NCBI RefSeq assembly: GCF_964204865.1
Contig: NC_135253.1
Coordinates: forward strand, 16,616,001 to 16,680,000
Direction of reading: 5' to 3'
Source: Styela clava
Taxonomy: Eukaryota
Length of the DNA: 64,000 bases
Part shown: positions 12,393 through 26,044 of the stretch, piece after piece
Numbering within the stretch: the first letter of the stretch is position 1
Layout of the letters: each line of letters opens with the position of its first letter
Made by a program: the position numbers and the translations under genes
The notes under the pieces: model-generated
Seen by the model: the letters and a program-made list of their open reading frames with translations, nothing else
The model's database searches: none
Told to the model about the DNA's origin: nothing

Positions 12393-14099
12393 TCAAAGAA
12401 TATTATTTGAACACCATAGAGTCAATATAAACAACACAACGATATTTGATAGGTTATGTGCAATACTCGGAGCGGCACTATTACACGTAAAACTGCCATG
12501 CGTATTCTTGCATATAGTTTCTTTTGTACAATTATGTGTCCCTTCAAAGCACTCATTAACATCTTGGCAATACTGTCCGTCACCAGCAAACCCGATTCCG
12601 CAAACGCAGCCGATTTTCCCCCTTTCGTTCAAGCAGTATGCTGACCCGTGACAAACTTTACCGTTGCAGAAACACTTATAGCTGCCTTGTTCATTCTGAC
12701 AAGTTTCTATTTGTTGACACACACTACCAATGTCGTTACATTCATCAACGTCAATGCATTCCCTACCGTCTCCCATGTATCCTTCAAGGCATCGACATGA
12801 ATGTCCTCCAGGATGATTTTCACAGGCTGCGTTTACGCTGCAAGTGTTTCGTACGTCACAGTCGTTAATGTCAACACATTGATGATCTTGTTTGATAAAT
12901 CCGCTGTTGCAGTTGCAGACTTTCATAGAGCAGTATGCAAAATCCGGACAATCTCTAGATGTTTTGCATTTCTGACTCGAAACTGGTGGAAAGTAAAACA
13001 AATGAAAAATAAAATTGTAGAAACAGAAAATTCAACCAAATTGGAAGCGCGTGAGAAATCTATTAAAACTATTTTAATTCTCTGAAAGGTATAAACTGTT
13101 ATCTCAAAATATCTGCAAGCTTAATTGAAACCACCCGGGTTCAAATATCTCGAGTCCAATATTTACCGAAACCGACCCCACCTGGCCTGTTGGGAATTTT
13201 AAACAACTCTTATCCGAATCATTGAAGTAGGCCAAAAACTGAATTCAATAATATCTTGTCGGGTATGCTATGTGATTAAACTGTTACAAAAATATTGGCA
13301 ACACCAAAGACTCATGCATGCCGATGTAATTACATTTTATTAAAAGAAACTTAAAATTCGATTCCAGCACCGGCGAACTATATAGTTAGACTCCGATAAC
13401 AAATTTTAGGAAATTGGTAGTACAATATAACTCCGACAGAGCAAAACAGGAAAATGCAAAACTTATCGACTCTTAAAGTCTCTTCTAGTGGCAGTCGTCT
13501 TCGAGACAAAAAAATTAAATTGTCATGTCTAAAAGTATGTACGTTCACAATCGCCTATGAGATGTAAGTCCTTATTTGGCGATTACCATTATATTTGCAT
13601 AATGTTACTTACTATTTGATGGGAAGAGATTATGTTATTCCTATTAAATCTTATAGTCACGTGGTTTCGAGTTTAAAATACCTCTTGGCCGCGCGTAAAT
13701 ACTAAGTTGTAACTAAATGATATATAGATATACGATCCAACGACACATTTAATATTTGCTGAAAAGTGATTTAAATTACAAATGATCGTTGATAAACGTT
13801 TATTCACTTTGAATATAATGATGGTGGCATCAATAGCGTATTTCATAATAGATAATCACTGATGATCTCTAGTGCGAGTGCTTTATCTGGCATTAAATAA
13901 TCATAGCACTTTGTCGAGTTCATTCATATATTTCTCCTTAACAATTCATAAATTATTTGAACTTAATAATGGTAATCGAAATGTAACTTGCAGTATTCAT
14001 GTTATATTATGGCTGATTGTAGATATGTGGAAAACACTTACCGGTTAATATTCCAGTAAAAACAATGTAGAGCTTCATTACTGCCCGGGGGCTACACAT
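12393..14099 (-). CDS. Predicted GPI-anchored EGF / cbEGF protein, ~215 aa
   Basis: Exon 1 14099-14042 (MCSPRAVMKLYIVFTGILT, G|GTAAGT), exon 2 12982-12393. DINDC, DVDEC and DVNEC cbEGF motifs. C-terminus NSAAPSIAHNLSNIVVLFILTLWCSNNIL. Confidence 0.87.
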
Positions 14100-16229
14100 T
14101 CTTTCAGTAATTTACAACTTTCAGATAGCAAATCAAATTAATAAAATGTCTCGTACTGCTTTAAGGATAAATCGGAAATCCATGAACTGATACAACTAAA
14201 TCTGATGTTTAGTAATGGATAAAAAAAAAACATAAAAATATTTAAATATAAAATATATTCGATTGAAAAAGTACAACAGCAACAAAATATACAACTGCAA
14301 TAGCAGCAGTATCATGGTATTACGAAAAAGAACGTTTATCTAGAATATCATCAAACATATGACGTGATAGCGATGTGTGATATTTTTTATTACATATCAT
14401 TTTCAATGGTTGTTTTGGTAACGCGGGGATTAGAATTTCTGACTCTGATTTTTTACAGAGATAAAATGTGTCGTTTAGGACGAACATTTATATCTGATTT
14501 TAGTTAATGCAAATAAGGTTATTTATATGTCATCCTGGCTCTAAAATAATATATTTAAAATTCAATATTCCCAGCGAATGTAATAAATTTGAAAATTTTC
14601 CTAAAGCTTACATTAATCGCCATGTAATATTAACAGACTCGAACAGTTTCCCAATTCGGTGACCTTTATCATGCTAAACGGTATTTTTTCAAGATTTTTT
14701 TAAAAAAATTTTCTTCCCTTGACTTTTCCAGCAATCTTAGCTCCAACTGTCCCAACCCCCATGTTAGGCAGTATCTTGTCTGACCTCTATGTTACTTGTA
14801 GATTGCTTGTCTGTTGGTAATTAATGGACAAATCGAGTCCACAAGAAAACGACAATTTCCAATGAGAAAATTTCTCTAGAAATATGTACATATATATAAA
14901 TAAATCTATATGGCAATTGCTCAATAACAAAAGTACCAAGTTTGTTAAATTTCTTGTTTAAGGTGAGGCTAATAGATTGCCTTTGGTTGACTCATCTGTC
15001 CGCTATCTCAGTTGTCAACAAAACTTCTCTTCCACTTTATAATTATTATCATCTTTGATACTTTCGTTCACAAATTTTTTTTATATTCGAATCTAACCCT
15101 AGCAAACCTGAAACATGGTGTACACCCAAATTAGGAAAATGTAATATGAAAACTCAAAATCGCCATACTTCTACTGTTCGATCTGGGAAAGTATGAATGT
15201 GGTTTCTTTTCGTCATAATCGAATCTACCACATATGAATACCACCTCGAAGAAACCTGACAGTATCGGTGTACTGCTAATCTGCCCTGGGGCAAAACAAA
15301 AACGATTTGAAAATTTGTAGACATCTCTCTGCTGATAACGTACATGTATTGTCAAAACGAATAAATCAAAACATAAATATTAGGTCATATTTTAGGTTCA
15401 AAGGGTAAGCCAATACTGTTATTCTAGTACAAAAATTCCATACCGACGTGAGAAACGTATTGTGAAATAACATAGACAGCTGACGATTCAAGTTTCATTA
15501 ACACAAGATTACTAGAATAATTTTAATAGCAAATCAACTCATGAAAAATAAATTTAATTGCGAAAAACCGTCTACTAGTTAAGTTATCCAGATTGCTAAA
15601 TGCCGGAAGTGTGTTGTTGAAAATATTACGCCAAAATTACAATAACACACCCTATAATACCTTATATCGGCAATGAAGTCATATCATGGTAAAATACTGA
15701 TGCAAATAGACAAGTGGGGTAAATTATTATTCCATATCCATACAAAATGTTTTTGAAACATATTGGTGATGATATCACAAATGATTTGTTGTAGTAACAA
15801 ACGTTTTAATGACATCGTGAAATTAGGGGCAATCTAGATGCTCATTACCCTAACTTGGACACTTTTTATAGACTCCATAAAATTAAGTTGCCTTCAGGTG
15901 GTGATCTTTAGATGAAGCGTGGGAATAATTTGAAATATATACATTACTTATGAAAAAATTACTGATATCCTTGTTAATTTTACCGTGCATGAATTTTTAA
16001 CCACGTGTGATCGGCATTTCATCAACTGGCAATTGGTTTCTGAGGTCATACCAAAGAAAGAGAGATAGAAATAGATTAAAAAGTAAACGCGAGAGAGTGA
16101 GAAAGTATTGAATAAATCGCTACTGTAATAGTAAAGTACTCCGATATGAAACAGATATGAAAAAAAATTATTACATATAGTAAAAATTATATCCGTGCAA
16201 GAAATTTATTCATTAAAACCAACCTATTT

Positions 16230-17412
16230 TTACCAGGAGTAAATATTGATACGAAGAGTGAGAACAGTGAGAAATGCGATTACAAAATGCAAATATGAAG
16301 ATATGTTCATTTTCCCGCTCGAACGTGTCAAGATAAATTGCATAGATCCCACGGCATTATAGCAAAAATTCTGAACGAATAGAGCACATGACTGTCGAGA
16401 TGCACATGATTCAATTGACATATGTTTCACCTCATTTGCACTGTAGCACTTGCAACCAAAATAGCATAACATTGCCGTTTCATTGCAAGCATCAAGGCCG
16501 CTGCAAACGCATTCAATCTCGTTGTACTGTGGAAATGCTAACACAGCTTTCGTACTCAGACAATCTAAAAAGTTGATGCAGTCTCTATCCTCCTGTGTAC
16601 ATTCAAATATATCTTCATAGCAAAAGGTCTCATTACCGTAATAATGACTGGGACAAATGCAGTTGAAGCTTCCGGGTAAATTTTCGCATGCGCGTTCATC
16701 CGGACAATCGTGTCTGTCGTTCAAACATTCATTTACATCGAAACATTTTCCATAATGCTTTTCATATCCTTGGGGGCATTCGCAGCTTTTGGTTCCATTT
16801 CTCATTTCACAAATCATTTCATCTTTACATATTTCTCCATTATCCTCATCACAAACGCAGTGTAATCGTCCATTTATTTTCATGGACGTTTCAAATTGCG
16901 CACATTCTGTGACAGATCGTTTTGACGTCGATGGTGATCCGTCTATGTTTTCTGATTCTGTTTAATGAGAAGTGGGAATTTCTTTTCATTATATAAAAAT
17001 CGGGGAATGAAAAATATATATATACAGTGAAAATAATTAAACTGTATCGGCTTTGGAATGGAAATTATTAAATATATATTTTCATAGGCGTGGCGTTACT
17101 TGATTCAACAATTGGCGGAATACAGCATTTGTGTACAAATTTAAGCTCAAGATGCAATAGGGATAACAGTAAAGGCCCGTATAATAATATTCGGCAAATA
17201 TTTACTATATTTTCTCCTTAGACGCGTAAATATATATTTCACTGCATATGCTCTCTATCGGTAGTTTATTCCCTGCTTAGATGAGAAATTCACTTTGATT
17301 AACCTAGTAAAGCCAAATAGTTTGCTGAATTATCTAATCAAAATATTTACTTGCCTGCAAAACTTCCATATCCCAATATGTAAAGAAAAGTAAGAAGTTT
17401 CAGTAATGACAT
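16230..17412 (-). CDS. Predicted GPI-anchored Cys-rich protein with a cbEGF module, ~261 aa, GC-AG intron
   Basis: Exon 1 17412-17355 (MSLLKLLTFLYILGYGSFA, donor CAG|GCAAGT), exon 2 16957-16230. Contains DVNECLNDRHDC..CENLPGSFNCIC. Tail SSGKMNISSYLHFVIAFLTVLTLRINIYSW. Confidence 0.8.
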
Positions 17413-18695
17413 CTCTATGCGTTGAATTCATTCTATCATCTAAATATGGATATACTCTACGAATACGTAGTTGAGCACAACTTTTATATCCCGTGCGCAT
17501 GCAGATCATTCGTAGACAAATAGACGACGATTGTTAATAATTAATCAAACCTATAAGCTTTATTAACTAAGACTGAAGGTCGGAATTTAATAACAGACCT
17601 AGACGCAACAGTTTATTATATTCTATTGTATAATTCATTCGTAATATAATGATAAGAAGATTACCTACAGGAAAATAAATATGACTAAAATGACTTCTGT
17701 CTGTTCAGGTCTGCGATAGTTGACGTCACATTTGTGGCCTTGGTTTGATTGATGATGATTTGTATTCAATAAAAATGGCGGGTGTGCTGTAGAGAACTCG
17801 CCTTTGATTCCAAAAGTGTTGAAAAATCCTAAGACTAACAAATGACACAAAGTGCGTTTAGAACTTTAAATGATATCTAGCGAAAAGCTGCGAATTCGGC
17901 TTGATTTTCTGTTTAAATTATATAAAAAAGTGATATCTAGCAAATTTGGAACTGCAAAAATATAGCATAATTTCAAAATATATATTTTTGTAAAAATGTT
18001 TCACACTGCTGAATATTTTTAATTCAACTTGTATTTGATCGAAATTCATTTTATTTAGTTATTGTATATATATTTATTAACATATAAAACACAATTGATC
18101 GGTAGTCGGTACAGTTACAGCAATATTATTCACTAATCACAGGATATATGCATATATAATCATATAAATACCATCAATTATTGTACATATTTCTTAAAAT
18201 TTTCCATTTTTGATCATGTTTCGTTATTTTGCTATTTTTGTATGCCCAAGTTGATTATCCGGACTCAATGTTTGAGGTATGTGTCACAGCACCTAACGAA
18301 CCTGATTGGGTTTCATCACATCTCGAACAAAAATCAAAAACCCCATTATTAGAACGATATATATATATATATATTGTGATTATAATAATACTATATGATC
18401 CCACCTTAATTAAAGGTGATCATTTTGTAACGCATGTAACAGATATGTACAATCTTTTTTTTTTAATTATTTAGAAGATTTGTACTCTCTACCATCCTTC
18501 AAATGCAAATAAAAGAATACGTCAATGGCGATTAATTTAATTTTTTCGGAAAATATATATCGTTTGAATTGCTGAGTTTCCATTACAAGCGTTGCACTAT
18601 AGTAGGAACTGCGTTAACTGACAAAAAAGATGTTATCACCGTCATCATAAAGTGATTATAAAATCTACGGTAAACTTTTTTCATGGTATTAAATT

Positions 18696-21600
18696 TTAAA
18701 CGAAACTGATGACTTTGGACAAAATGGTGAAAATTACAACAAATAAACCACAAAAATAGTTTAAACGAATCGAATTTGCTGAACAAATGCTATCATCTAC
18801 GCAAACGCATAAATTTTCAGTGGAGCAAGTTGAGCCAATCCCACATTCATTTGCACCACCAGCACATGTAATGGCCGAACAATTGAATCCATCTCCGGCA
18901 TAATTTGTGGAACATTCACAATTTCCATCGATGCATTTGGCATTTTCGTGACAGCCAGAGTTATCTGAACAAGTTTTCCTACAAACAGATCCGACGGAAG
19001 TCCAATCTGAGGCACATGAGCATAGGCTGGATAAGCATTGCGAATTCGGCAGACACGAGGTTGTATCGCTACCGGTACAAGTCTTTTGTGTGCATTCAGC
19101 GGTTGATCCATCGCCCTCCCAATTTGCTGCACATACACATACGCCTTCGTAGCATAAAGCATTAGATGCGCAATCTGTTGCAGCAGTGCAATTTTTTCTG
19201 CATGCTGTCTCAATGGCTGTCCATCCGTCCTCACACTCGCACTTATTTTCATTGCTGCATTTGGAATTCGCGTCACAGTCACTAGATTGAGTACATGTTT
19301 TTTGAACACATGCGCTCTCTCCAGCAATAAAATTAACTCCACAGGAACACTGGAAAGTGCTCAAGCTTGAAGTACAAAATACGCTCGATCCGCATGTTGT
19401 CAATTTATCAGCTAAAGTGCATGTTTTCCCCGCACATGATCCAGTTGTTGCATCAACAGTTGATACGAATCCGCAGTTACAACCGAGCGAAGTTCCAGAT
19501 GTTGCACAATAGGAATTTGTTTCTGTACACTGAGAATTTTGGGTGCAGGTTTTGCGGGTACAGTCCGTTCCAGAAACATCGAAATTCTTTTTACATATGC
19601 AATTTGTTCCGTCGCAATAAGAATTTGCTGAACTGCACAATGAAGCATCAGAAGTACACACTATTTGGCTGCATGCGTTACCGACCTCTTGATAATGTGC
19701 AACACATGCACACTTGTCGTCAGCGTTGCACACAGTGTCAGTGCCACAATTTGTTGCTGCATTACCGCCACAAGCTTTACGGGTACAATCGGCAACTGAT
19801 GCTCCGTCAAAATTAAACTTGCAGGCGCAGTTACTCCCATCACAATATGAGTTTTGATCAGAAGAAATACAGACGGAATCGTCGCCACAAGTAATTTGTA
19901 CACAAGTATTCTCATTAGCAACAAAATTTGCTCTGCAGCTGCACTTGTCATCATTGTCACATGCTGTGTTGGTCCCACAATTTGTTGCCGCATTTCCACC
20001 ACAAGTTTTACTCGTGCACGTCGTTGAGCTTGTATCGTCAAACGTGATTTTACATGTACAGTCACCTGAACTACAATATGAGTTTGGATCTGCCGAAGTA
20101 CAGACACTCGAATCTGTGCCGCAGTCTCGAACGCAGGCTCCATCTTTTACCGCGAATCCATCCGCACATGCACATTTGTCATTTGTATCACATTTAGTGT
20201 CTGCACCACAGTTGTTTGATGCATCTCCTCCGCAATCTTTCAAAGTACAAATAGCAACGTTCGTTCCATCAAAAGTTATTTTGCAAAGGCAATTCGTCCC
20301 ATCACAATAGGAGTTTGAATCAGTGCATAAAGCGGCGTTACCGGTACAGACGATTTGACTGCATGTTCCGTCTGATACCACGTAATTGGCAAGACATGCG
20401 CAGTTGTCACTTCCATCACAAGCTGTGTTTGTCCCACAATTTGTAGCAGCGTTACCCCCGCATGCCTTTTGGGTGCACGTTGCAATATTAGTTCCGTCAA
20501 ATGTTATTTTGCAAAGGCAGTTGGTCCCATCACAATAGGAGTTTGAATCAGTGCATAAAGCGGCGTTACCACCGGAACAGTCGATTTGACTGCATGTTCC
20601 GTCTGATACCACGTAATTAACAGCACAAGCACAGTTGTCACCTCCATCACATGCTGTGTTTGTACCACAATTTGTAGCAGCGTTACCCCCGCATGCCTTT
20701 TGGGTGCATGTTGCAATATTAGTTCCGTCAAATGTTATTTTGCAAAGGCAATTCGTTCCATCGCAATAGGAGTTAGAATCAGTGCATAAAGCGGCGTTAC
20801 CGGTACAGACGATTTGACTGCATGTTCCGTCTGATACCACGTAATTGGCAAGGCATGCGCAGTTGTCACTTCCGTCACATGCTGTGTTTGTCCCACAATT
20901 TGTAGCAGCGTTACCCCCGCATGCCTTTTGGGTGCACGTTGCACTATTATCTCCAACAAATGTTATTTTGCAAAGGCAATTCGTTCCATCGCAATAGGAG
21001 TTAGAATCAGTGCATAAAGCGGCGTTACCGGTACAGACGATTTGACTGCATGTTCCGTCTGATACCACGTAATTGGCAAGGCATGCGCAGTTGTCACTTC
21101 CGTCACATGCTGTGTTTGTACCACAATTTGTAGCAGCGTTACCACCGCACGCCTTTTGAGTGCATGTTTCACTATTACTTCCAACGAATGTTATTTTGCA
21201 AAGACAGTTGGTTCCATCACAATAGGAGTTTGAATCAGTGCATAAAGCGGCGTTACCACCGGAACAGTCGATTTGACTGCATTGTCCATCCGATACAACG
21301 TAATTAATAGCACAAATGCAGTTGTCACTTCCATCACATGCTGTGTTTGTCCCACAATTTGTAGTAGGGTTACCCCCACATGCCTTCTGAGCGCATGTTT
21401 GACTATTAGTTCCATCAAATGTTATTTTGCAAAGACAGTTGGTTCCATCACAATAGGAGTTTGAATCAGTGCATAAAGCGGCGTTACCACCGGAACAGTC
21501 GATTTGACTGCATGTTCCATCCGATACAACGTAATTAATAGCACAAATGCAGTTGTCACTTCCATCACATGCTGTGTTTGTCCCACAATTTGTAGTAGGG

Positions 21601-23269
21601 TTACCCCCGCATGCCTTTTGATCGCATGTTTCCCTATTAGTTCCATCAAATGTTATTTTGCAAAGACAGTTGGTACCATCACAATAGGAGTTTGAATCAG
21701 TGCATAATGCGTCGTTTCCACCACTGCAATCAATTTGAGTACACGCGGCTCCTTCTTCACTGTAATTTACAGCACAGCTACATTCGTTTGACGAAGAACA
21801 CGCGGTTGATGCCCCGCAGGTTGCCGTAGGATCGTCACTTCCAGCCGTACACGCTTTTTTCTCACAACCTGTTGTTGCCGTATCGGGCTGGTAGTTAATA
21901 TTGCAAAGGCATATTGTGTTTGGTACATCGCAGACATCGGCATTTGGTTCTGGGGCGCATTCGGAATCGTCATTACACGTTTCAAGTTGAGCGGATACTG
22001 TAAATTGTAATAAACGTTAAGTTTATTTATTTCAAATGAAAAATTTCATCAACGTAATAATTTTTTCCAGTTTGATTTTGACTTCAGGGTTCGTTTAAAA
22101 CGGTAATTTACATTTGTAGCCGATCACGAGATTACTTTCTCTATTGCGCATCCTTTCATTATTCACGCAATTCGTTTTAGGCCTACTGCAAGTAATTTGA
22201 TCCGGTTCTTCATTTTAGTTTATTGTTTTGTTGCATAGCTTTGTTATTTGACGACAAATGCTGGATTGTATATATATATTGTTTCGGTAGCAAATATTCA
22301 ATATTATGATTGTTCGTCGTAACCAACTGAAGATTCTTAAAAATCCCTTAGCCTATACCAAACACGATGTTTTAATTAAAAGTCGAATCTTTAACTAAAT
22401 ATTTTTATTAGTTTTTGAATTTCATTCCATCTCATTGTAGTTTCTAGTATTGTAGCATAGTCTTATTATTTGAAAACAAATGTTCTTCATTGTTTATGTT
22501 GTTTCGTTAGTAAATATTCATTGTTTTGATTTTTTATCGTAACCAACTGAAGATTTTTTAACAATCCCGTGGCTGGTATACAAAACACAATGTTTTAATT
22601 AAAAATCGATTCCTTAATTAAATATTTTTATTAGATTCGAAATTTCACTCCAATTTAATAAATGTCTAATAATAATTAGAATAAGGAATAATTTTGAATA
22701 ATCAACTAAAATTATATTTAGCAAGAACGCTGAAAGGCAATTTTCAAGTAGCAACTCTCCATTGGATATTTCACATGTATTCGAGTTGCTGGGCTTCCAA
22801 GTTAGGGTTGCTCCACAAAAATGATTTTCCGGCAACTTAAAATCACGAAACAGCAAAATCCACTAATAAGAGTTTCTATATATGTTTGGATATTGGTAAG
22901 ATTTTCAATTGTTGATTACGATTGCCAACCACAATTCTACACGTTTTAAGATTCATGGATTGTGTCAGTCATGCATCAAAACCTATTATAGGTTTGGTTA
23001 TTTCGACTAAAGTATGCATCTATCCATTGGTTTTGTCCCAGTACATATTAGCATTTTATAGTAATTTCAAAGCCTTTAATGGGGCAAATTTACTGTTTGC
23101 TGAGTGAAATTCATCAGTGTTTTAGTAAGTCATCGTAAATATAAGTTTCAGCTATAGGAATACTTTATATAAAATAGTTCAAATAAAAGTCTTTTTCAAT
23201 ATACTCACCTTGATTCCACAAATATGAAAGCACAAATATCCCCAGAACTACAGTTTTGAGGAAATGCAT
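18696..23269 (-). CDS. Large predicted GPI-anchored Cys-rich repeat protein (roughly 28 six-Cys EGF/EB-like modules), ~1120 aa
   Basis: Exon 1 23269-23209 (MHFLKTVVLGIFVLSYLWNQ, G|GTGAGT), exon 2 21997-18696 as a single 3.3-kb frame extending the listed 790-aa ORF upstream in phase. Tail SANSIRLNYFCGLFVVIFTILSKVISFV. Confidence 0.88.
20235..21745 (-). repeat. Coding tandem repeat, 228/231-bp unit, about 6.5 near-identical copies
   Basis: Unit encodes QI(D/V)C..GNAALCTDSNSYCDGTNCLCKITFDG....C.QKACGGN..TNCGTNTACDG.DNC.C..NYVVSDG.CS. Shadow ORF ends are spaced 228 or 231 nt apart. Confidence 0.95.
22231..22635. repeat. Diverged intronic tandem duplication, ~220-bp period
   Basis: AACCAACTGAAGATT at 22321 and 22541, with matching flanks. 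Confidence 0.7.
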
Positions 23270-26044
23270 ACTATATTTGGATGGTAACATATATAAGCTG
23301 AATTTGTAATAAATCAACATAATATTAAAATATCAAATACAGAGCAACTAAAGTTGGTAAGTTATAACAACTGATGTAACGACTGATATATATATGTCAC
23401 CTGTCTTCGACTCTGAGACTACTATTCTAGAATTATACGGTTCCAAAGTTAATTCTATGGATTGCGTATATTGGGAATTATTATTCTGTTTTATATCATT
23501 CATAAAAATTGCAAATCTAACTCTAAAATCTTCAAAGATTAAACAGTGGGTTTTCGTGTCGTAAACAACAATTTTCTACCTTTACTTAGCAGTTTGTAAA
23601 TGTTCTAACGACTTTTTGTTTCCATTGTCTTATTGAATTAAACGATTCGTCATGATTACTGGCTACAGTCGGTTTTTGTTTGCCCACTCTATCCGTGATC
23701 GAATTTCAATAAACACGATGGTAAAAGTGAAATGATTTTCTCATCGAAATGTTCCGAGGATTGTTAGCTCAATTGTGAGAATATCCGATGCCAATGTGAA
23801 ACTATCAACGTCCATATCAACGTACAATTTTGTAGCCCAATAATTTTTATTCCAAGAGCACTGATGCAAAATTGCATTGTTTATAAATTAGCTAATGTTT
23901 TACTTATTTAAACAGTTTTTAAACAATGATTGCATATTTATTACCGCGAATTATTTGCTACCATTCCGATCATATATATATATATTAGAAGTTTCGCACC
24001 ATGGATCTTAATAAAGTTATGGGTAGCCCTGGGTACTATATGGTGTATGTTAACAAAGCACAAATAAAATAGCCCAAACAACTTTAGGCCCTTCGAGGCC
24101 CGCATTCGATATTGTTAGTGCTGCCTCCAAATTACTACCATCTGATGATAGAGCTTGAGTAACTTTAACTCACATTCCTGTCGCTGCGTGGAAAGAGGTT
24201 ACGTACTTATCCATATTTTATTGTAAGACTTCGAAACTAACAGGCGGCACCAAATCGACCCACTTTTATCCTTTAATAACAATGTTGTTCTTTATTCAGA
24301 ATTCTATGACTCAATTATATTGGGACAACACAATGTTATTATTTTCGAGCGCTGTTATACACACCTGTCTGCCATTGTTTTAAAATCAGTCAATCGGGAA
24401 CATCGTTATATTTATTTCAACCTTTGTCATCTATATGTATCTTGGAAATCATTTCATAAAATGCCAATCCAAACAACGTCAATAGTAGAAAGTTTTTGTG
24501 AACCTTGACACTATATATGTTTTTAAAGATATCATTATTAAAATAATAATCTTTTGAATGGGCTTCTAACTGCAGATTATCTATTTATTATTTGTTTCCG
24601 GATATCTTTGCAAGAATATTAACTGGATCAACTATTCTCCATTTTTTGCAATAAGAAATTCAAATTTATATACATGTATGAGATCTCTGTGTGTATCTTA
24701 TAATTTTTTGTTTCGTTTAGCATTCACATACTACTTAGAACAGGAATGTGCAACATTTTTTGTCGGTGATTCATATAACCAACTTCAAAGATCTGGCCGG
24801 GCCTCCAAAAAATTTAGTTTACCTATGCGGGAAAGGTAATAGAAGAGAATGAAAGGGTCTATTGCTTAGCCATGTACTAATAAAGGCACCGGGCAAAACG
24901 GTGAGCGAATTAACGCAGCGACAAGAACAAAAATCATTAGGTATTGTCACTAAATGGATACTACACTAAATGGATCAGTGGGATGAATTGTGGCCTGCGG
25001 ACCGCATGTTGCACACCCCTGCCTTAGAGCGTTTAAATTAAAAAAAACGTCTGTGTCGCATTCATGAAGAAAATAGTCAATATTTCATATATTTTTCAGA
25101 ATTCTAGTTTAGTTTGTACAGTATAAGACTATGTAGTATCACATCACATTTCAAAACAAAAAATAAGTCCTGAATATTCAGAATGATCTGTTGCAAATGG
25201 AAATTATGCATCGTTTTGAAAATTAGTTGTTGTTAGTGGTTGATTTCGTGTCGTTGGCACAAAGAGTTGCATCTCTATATCACTAATGTATCAATCGATT
25301 CCAAGAACATTTCCACGGTACTCAGTATCGAGATTTTTGCGAGCTAGTGCAAAACGAACGACATGATAACGGTGTCGATATGATCAGCTACATATATTTG
25401 TGCGCTGATCGTTTGTTTATTATCGCAATAACTTATGTTTTAAGACTTTTCGCGTGTATTTATAGTAAGTTTGACACCTGCGACGAAATATGCATTTACT
25501 CAACTTCCCCGCTATCCACTAACGCATGCGTCACATTCTTTGTGCGTTGGATTATTTTGTAACTTCATATATTTGAGTTTTTTTATCATATATTTTACCC
25601 ATCACTTCCGAATTGGCTGTTGACGACACAGTACACGGATCTCTAATGTATTTTCCCATTGTAATCAGCATAACACAGTCAAAACATGTTCAGGATACTG
25701 CTCTATGAAAAGATTAATCTGAATCAAGATATCTTTGTCATCGCAACAGAATATGATAGGAATGTTACCAGCAATTCTACATGTCCTGTTATTGTTCCTA
25801 ATGTCTCATACTACAACCAATCGTGATCCGCGCAAGGTAGTATCCGGATATTGCTATGAAGTATTATCGGATTGGGTGAATTTTCGGCGTTTATTGATGC
25901 GTATTATCTTACATTGCATCTGTATTCCTGTTTTGATCTCTTCCTCTCACTATTGTACAAATTAATTAGTACATTTGTATATTTTGTACAACACTGTATC
26001 TTGTCTTATTGGAGACGAATTGTACATGTGGATTGATTTGTTAT

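Noticed and set aside
9248-17412. Naming the cbEGF genes fibrillin, uromodulin, fibulin or VC70
   Set aside because: They are too short and lack TB, ZP, D8C or fibulin C-terminal domains, so similarity is only generic EGF.
20235-21745. CRISPR-like periodicity
   Set aside because: Contiguous coding repeats with no unique spacers, in eukaryotic DNA with no cas genes.
18797-21985. Series of 72-181-aa repeated ORFs in alternative frames
   Set aside because: Shifted-frame shadows of the Cys-rich repeat exon.
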